The notes below the pieces were generated by a model. The model ran no database searches. It saw only the letters and a list, made by a program, of their open reading frames with translations, and was not told where the DNA came from. A stretch of DNA of 38,730 bases from a virus (lineage: Duplodnaviria; Heunggongvirae; Uroviricota; Caudoviricetes), in the IMG/VR virus record IMGVR_UViG_2778261630_000007; one strand, 5' to 3'. This document shows, piece after piece, positions 37,495-38,730 of this stretch. Numbering within the stretch: the first letter of the stretch is position 1; every line of letters begins with the position of its first letter. The position numbers were made by a program, and so were the translations under genes.

Positions 37495-38730
37495 ATGTCT
37501 AAATTACCAACAGGTGTCGAGATTCGAGGTAAATACATTCGCATCTGGTTCATGTTTCGAGGAAAACGATGTCGGGAAACATTGAAAGGCTGGGAGGTTA
37601 CTAACAGTAACATTAAAAAAGCCGGGAATTTAAGAGCGTTGATAGTTCATGAAATCAATTCCGGTGAATTTGAGTATTTAAGACGTTTCCCCCAGTCCAG
37701 CACTGGGGCAAAAATGGTGACAACGAGGGTCATAAAAACGTTCGGGGAGCTTTGTGATATCTGGACAAAAATTAAAGAGACAGAGTTAACAACAAACACA
37801 ATGAAGAAAACGAAATCACAATTAAAAACACTCAGGATAATAATTTGTGAGAGTACCCCAATATCACATATTCGTTATAGCGATATCTTAAACTACCGGA
37901 ATGAACTGCTGCATGGAGAAACGCTTTACCTGGATAATCCAAGATCCAACAAAAAAGGAAGAACCGTGCGCACAGTTGATAACTATATCGCCCTGCTCTG
38001 TTCGTTGTTACGTTTTGCGTATCAGTCGGGATTTATATCAACCAAACCATTTGAAGGAGTAAAAAAATTACAGCGAAACAGAATAAAGCCTGATCCGTTA
38101 TCTAAAACAGAATTCAATGCATTAATGGAAAGTGAAAAAGGACAGAGCCAGAACTTGTGGAAATTTGCCGTTTACTCCGGGCTTCGTCACGGGGAACTGG
38201 CTGCTCTGGCGTGGGAGGATGTGGATTTCGAGAAGGGAATTGTGAATGTCAGAAGAAACCTGACGATACTTGATATGTTCGGTCCCCCAAAAACAAATGC
38301 GGGGATTCGGACGGTAACACTACTGCGGCCTGCTATTGAAGCACTGAAGGAGCAATACAAACTAACCGGGCATCATCGCAAAAGCGAAATCACTTTTTAT
38401 CATCGGGAGTACGGCAGAACCGAAAAGCAAAAACTGCATTTTGTTTTCATGCCCAGGGTGTGTAACGGAAAACAGAAACCTTATTACTCGGTAAGCAGTC
38501 TGGGGGCGAGATGGAATGCAGCAGTAAAACGTGCTGGTATTCGCCGCCGTAATCCGTACCATACGCGGCATACTTTTGCCTGCTGGTTGTTGACGGCAGG
38601 AGCGAACCCGGCATTTATAGCCAGCCAGATGGGGCATGAAACTGCGCAGATGGTGTATGAAATTTACGGTATGTGGATTGATGACATGAACGACGAACAG
38701 GTAGCTATGTTGAATGCGCGGTTATCGTAG
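37495..38730 (+). CDS. int: tyrosine site-specific integrase (Rac IntR-like)
   Basis: 411 aa; C-terminal catalytic region ...HTRHTFACWLLTAGANPAFIASQMGHETAQMVYEIYGMW... with the R/H-x-x-R/Y signature; stop TAG at 38728..38730, so the att site lies just past the window. Confidence 0.9.
   Translation: MSKLPTGVEIRGKYIRIWFMFRGKRCRETLKGWEVTNSNIKKAGNLRALIVHEINSGEFEYLRRFPQSSTGAKMVTTRVIKTFGELCDIWTKIKETELTTNTMKKTKSQLKTLRIIICESTPISHIRYSDILNYRNELLHGETLYLDNPRSNKKGRTVRTVDNYIALLCSLLRFAYQSGFISTKPFEGVKKLQRNRIKPDPLSKTEFNALMESEKGQSQNLWKFAVYSGLRHGELAALAWEDVDFEKGIVNVRRNLTILDMFGPPKTNAGIRTVTLLRPAIEALKEQYKLTGHHRKSEITFYHREYGRTEKQKLHFVFMPRVCNGKQKPYYSVSSLGARWNAAVKRAGIRRRNPYHTRHTFACWLLTAGANPAFIASQMGHETAQMVYEIYGMWIDDMNDEQVAMLNARLS

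Overview
This window is almost entirely one lambdoid prophage of the E. coli Rac family, apparently intact (unlike the defective K-12 Rac copy), and ending with a complete integrase at the right edge. Right to left it holds: int/xis and the recombination/host-targeting early-left operon on the + strand (ydaC, lar, a Bet-like annealing protein, recE split by an in-frame TGA, racC, ydaE, kilR, ydaF, ydaG; sieB opposite); the racR repressor flanked by TAGGC-N3-GCCTA operator palindromes; the ydaS-ydaT-ydaU(O-like)-ydaV(DnaC-like) replication operon with iteron-like repeats; a nin-like region with a hok-family toxin; a Q-like antiterminator; two phage-type tRNAs (Gly-UCC, Thr-UGU); a P21-type lysis cassette; trkG; then terminase, portal, head and lambda-like tail genes running off the left edge. 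The most interesting unexplained element is a translationally coupled two-gene module between trkG and the small terminase: a ParB N-terminal-domain protein plus a soluble GT-A-fold glycosyltransferase-like protein, which I propose as a candidate nucleic-acid modification / anti-restriction system. No CRISPR array, rRNA, IS element or transposase was seen. All calls rest on reading the sequence and on recalled family knowledge; no database search was run.
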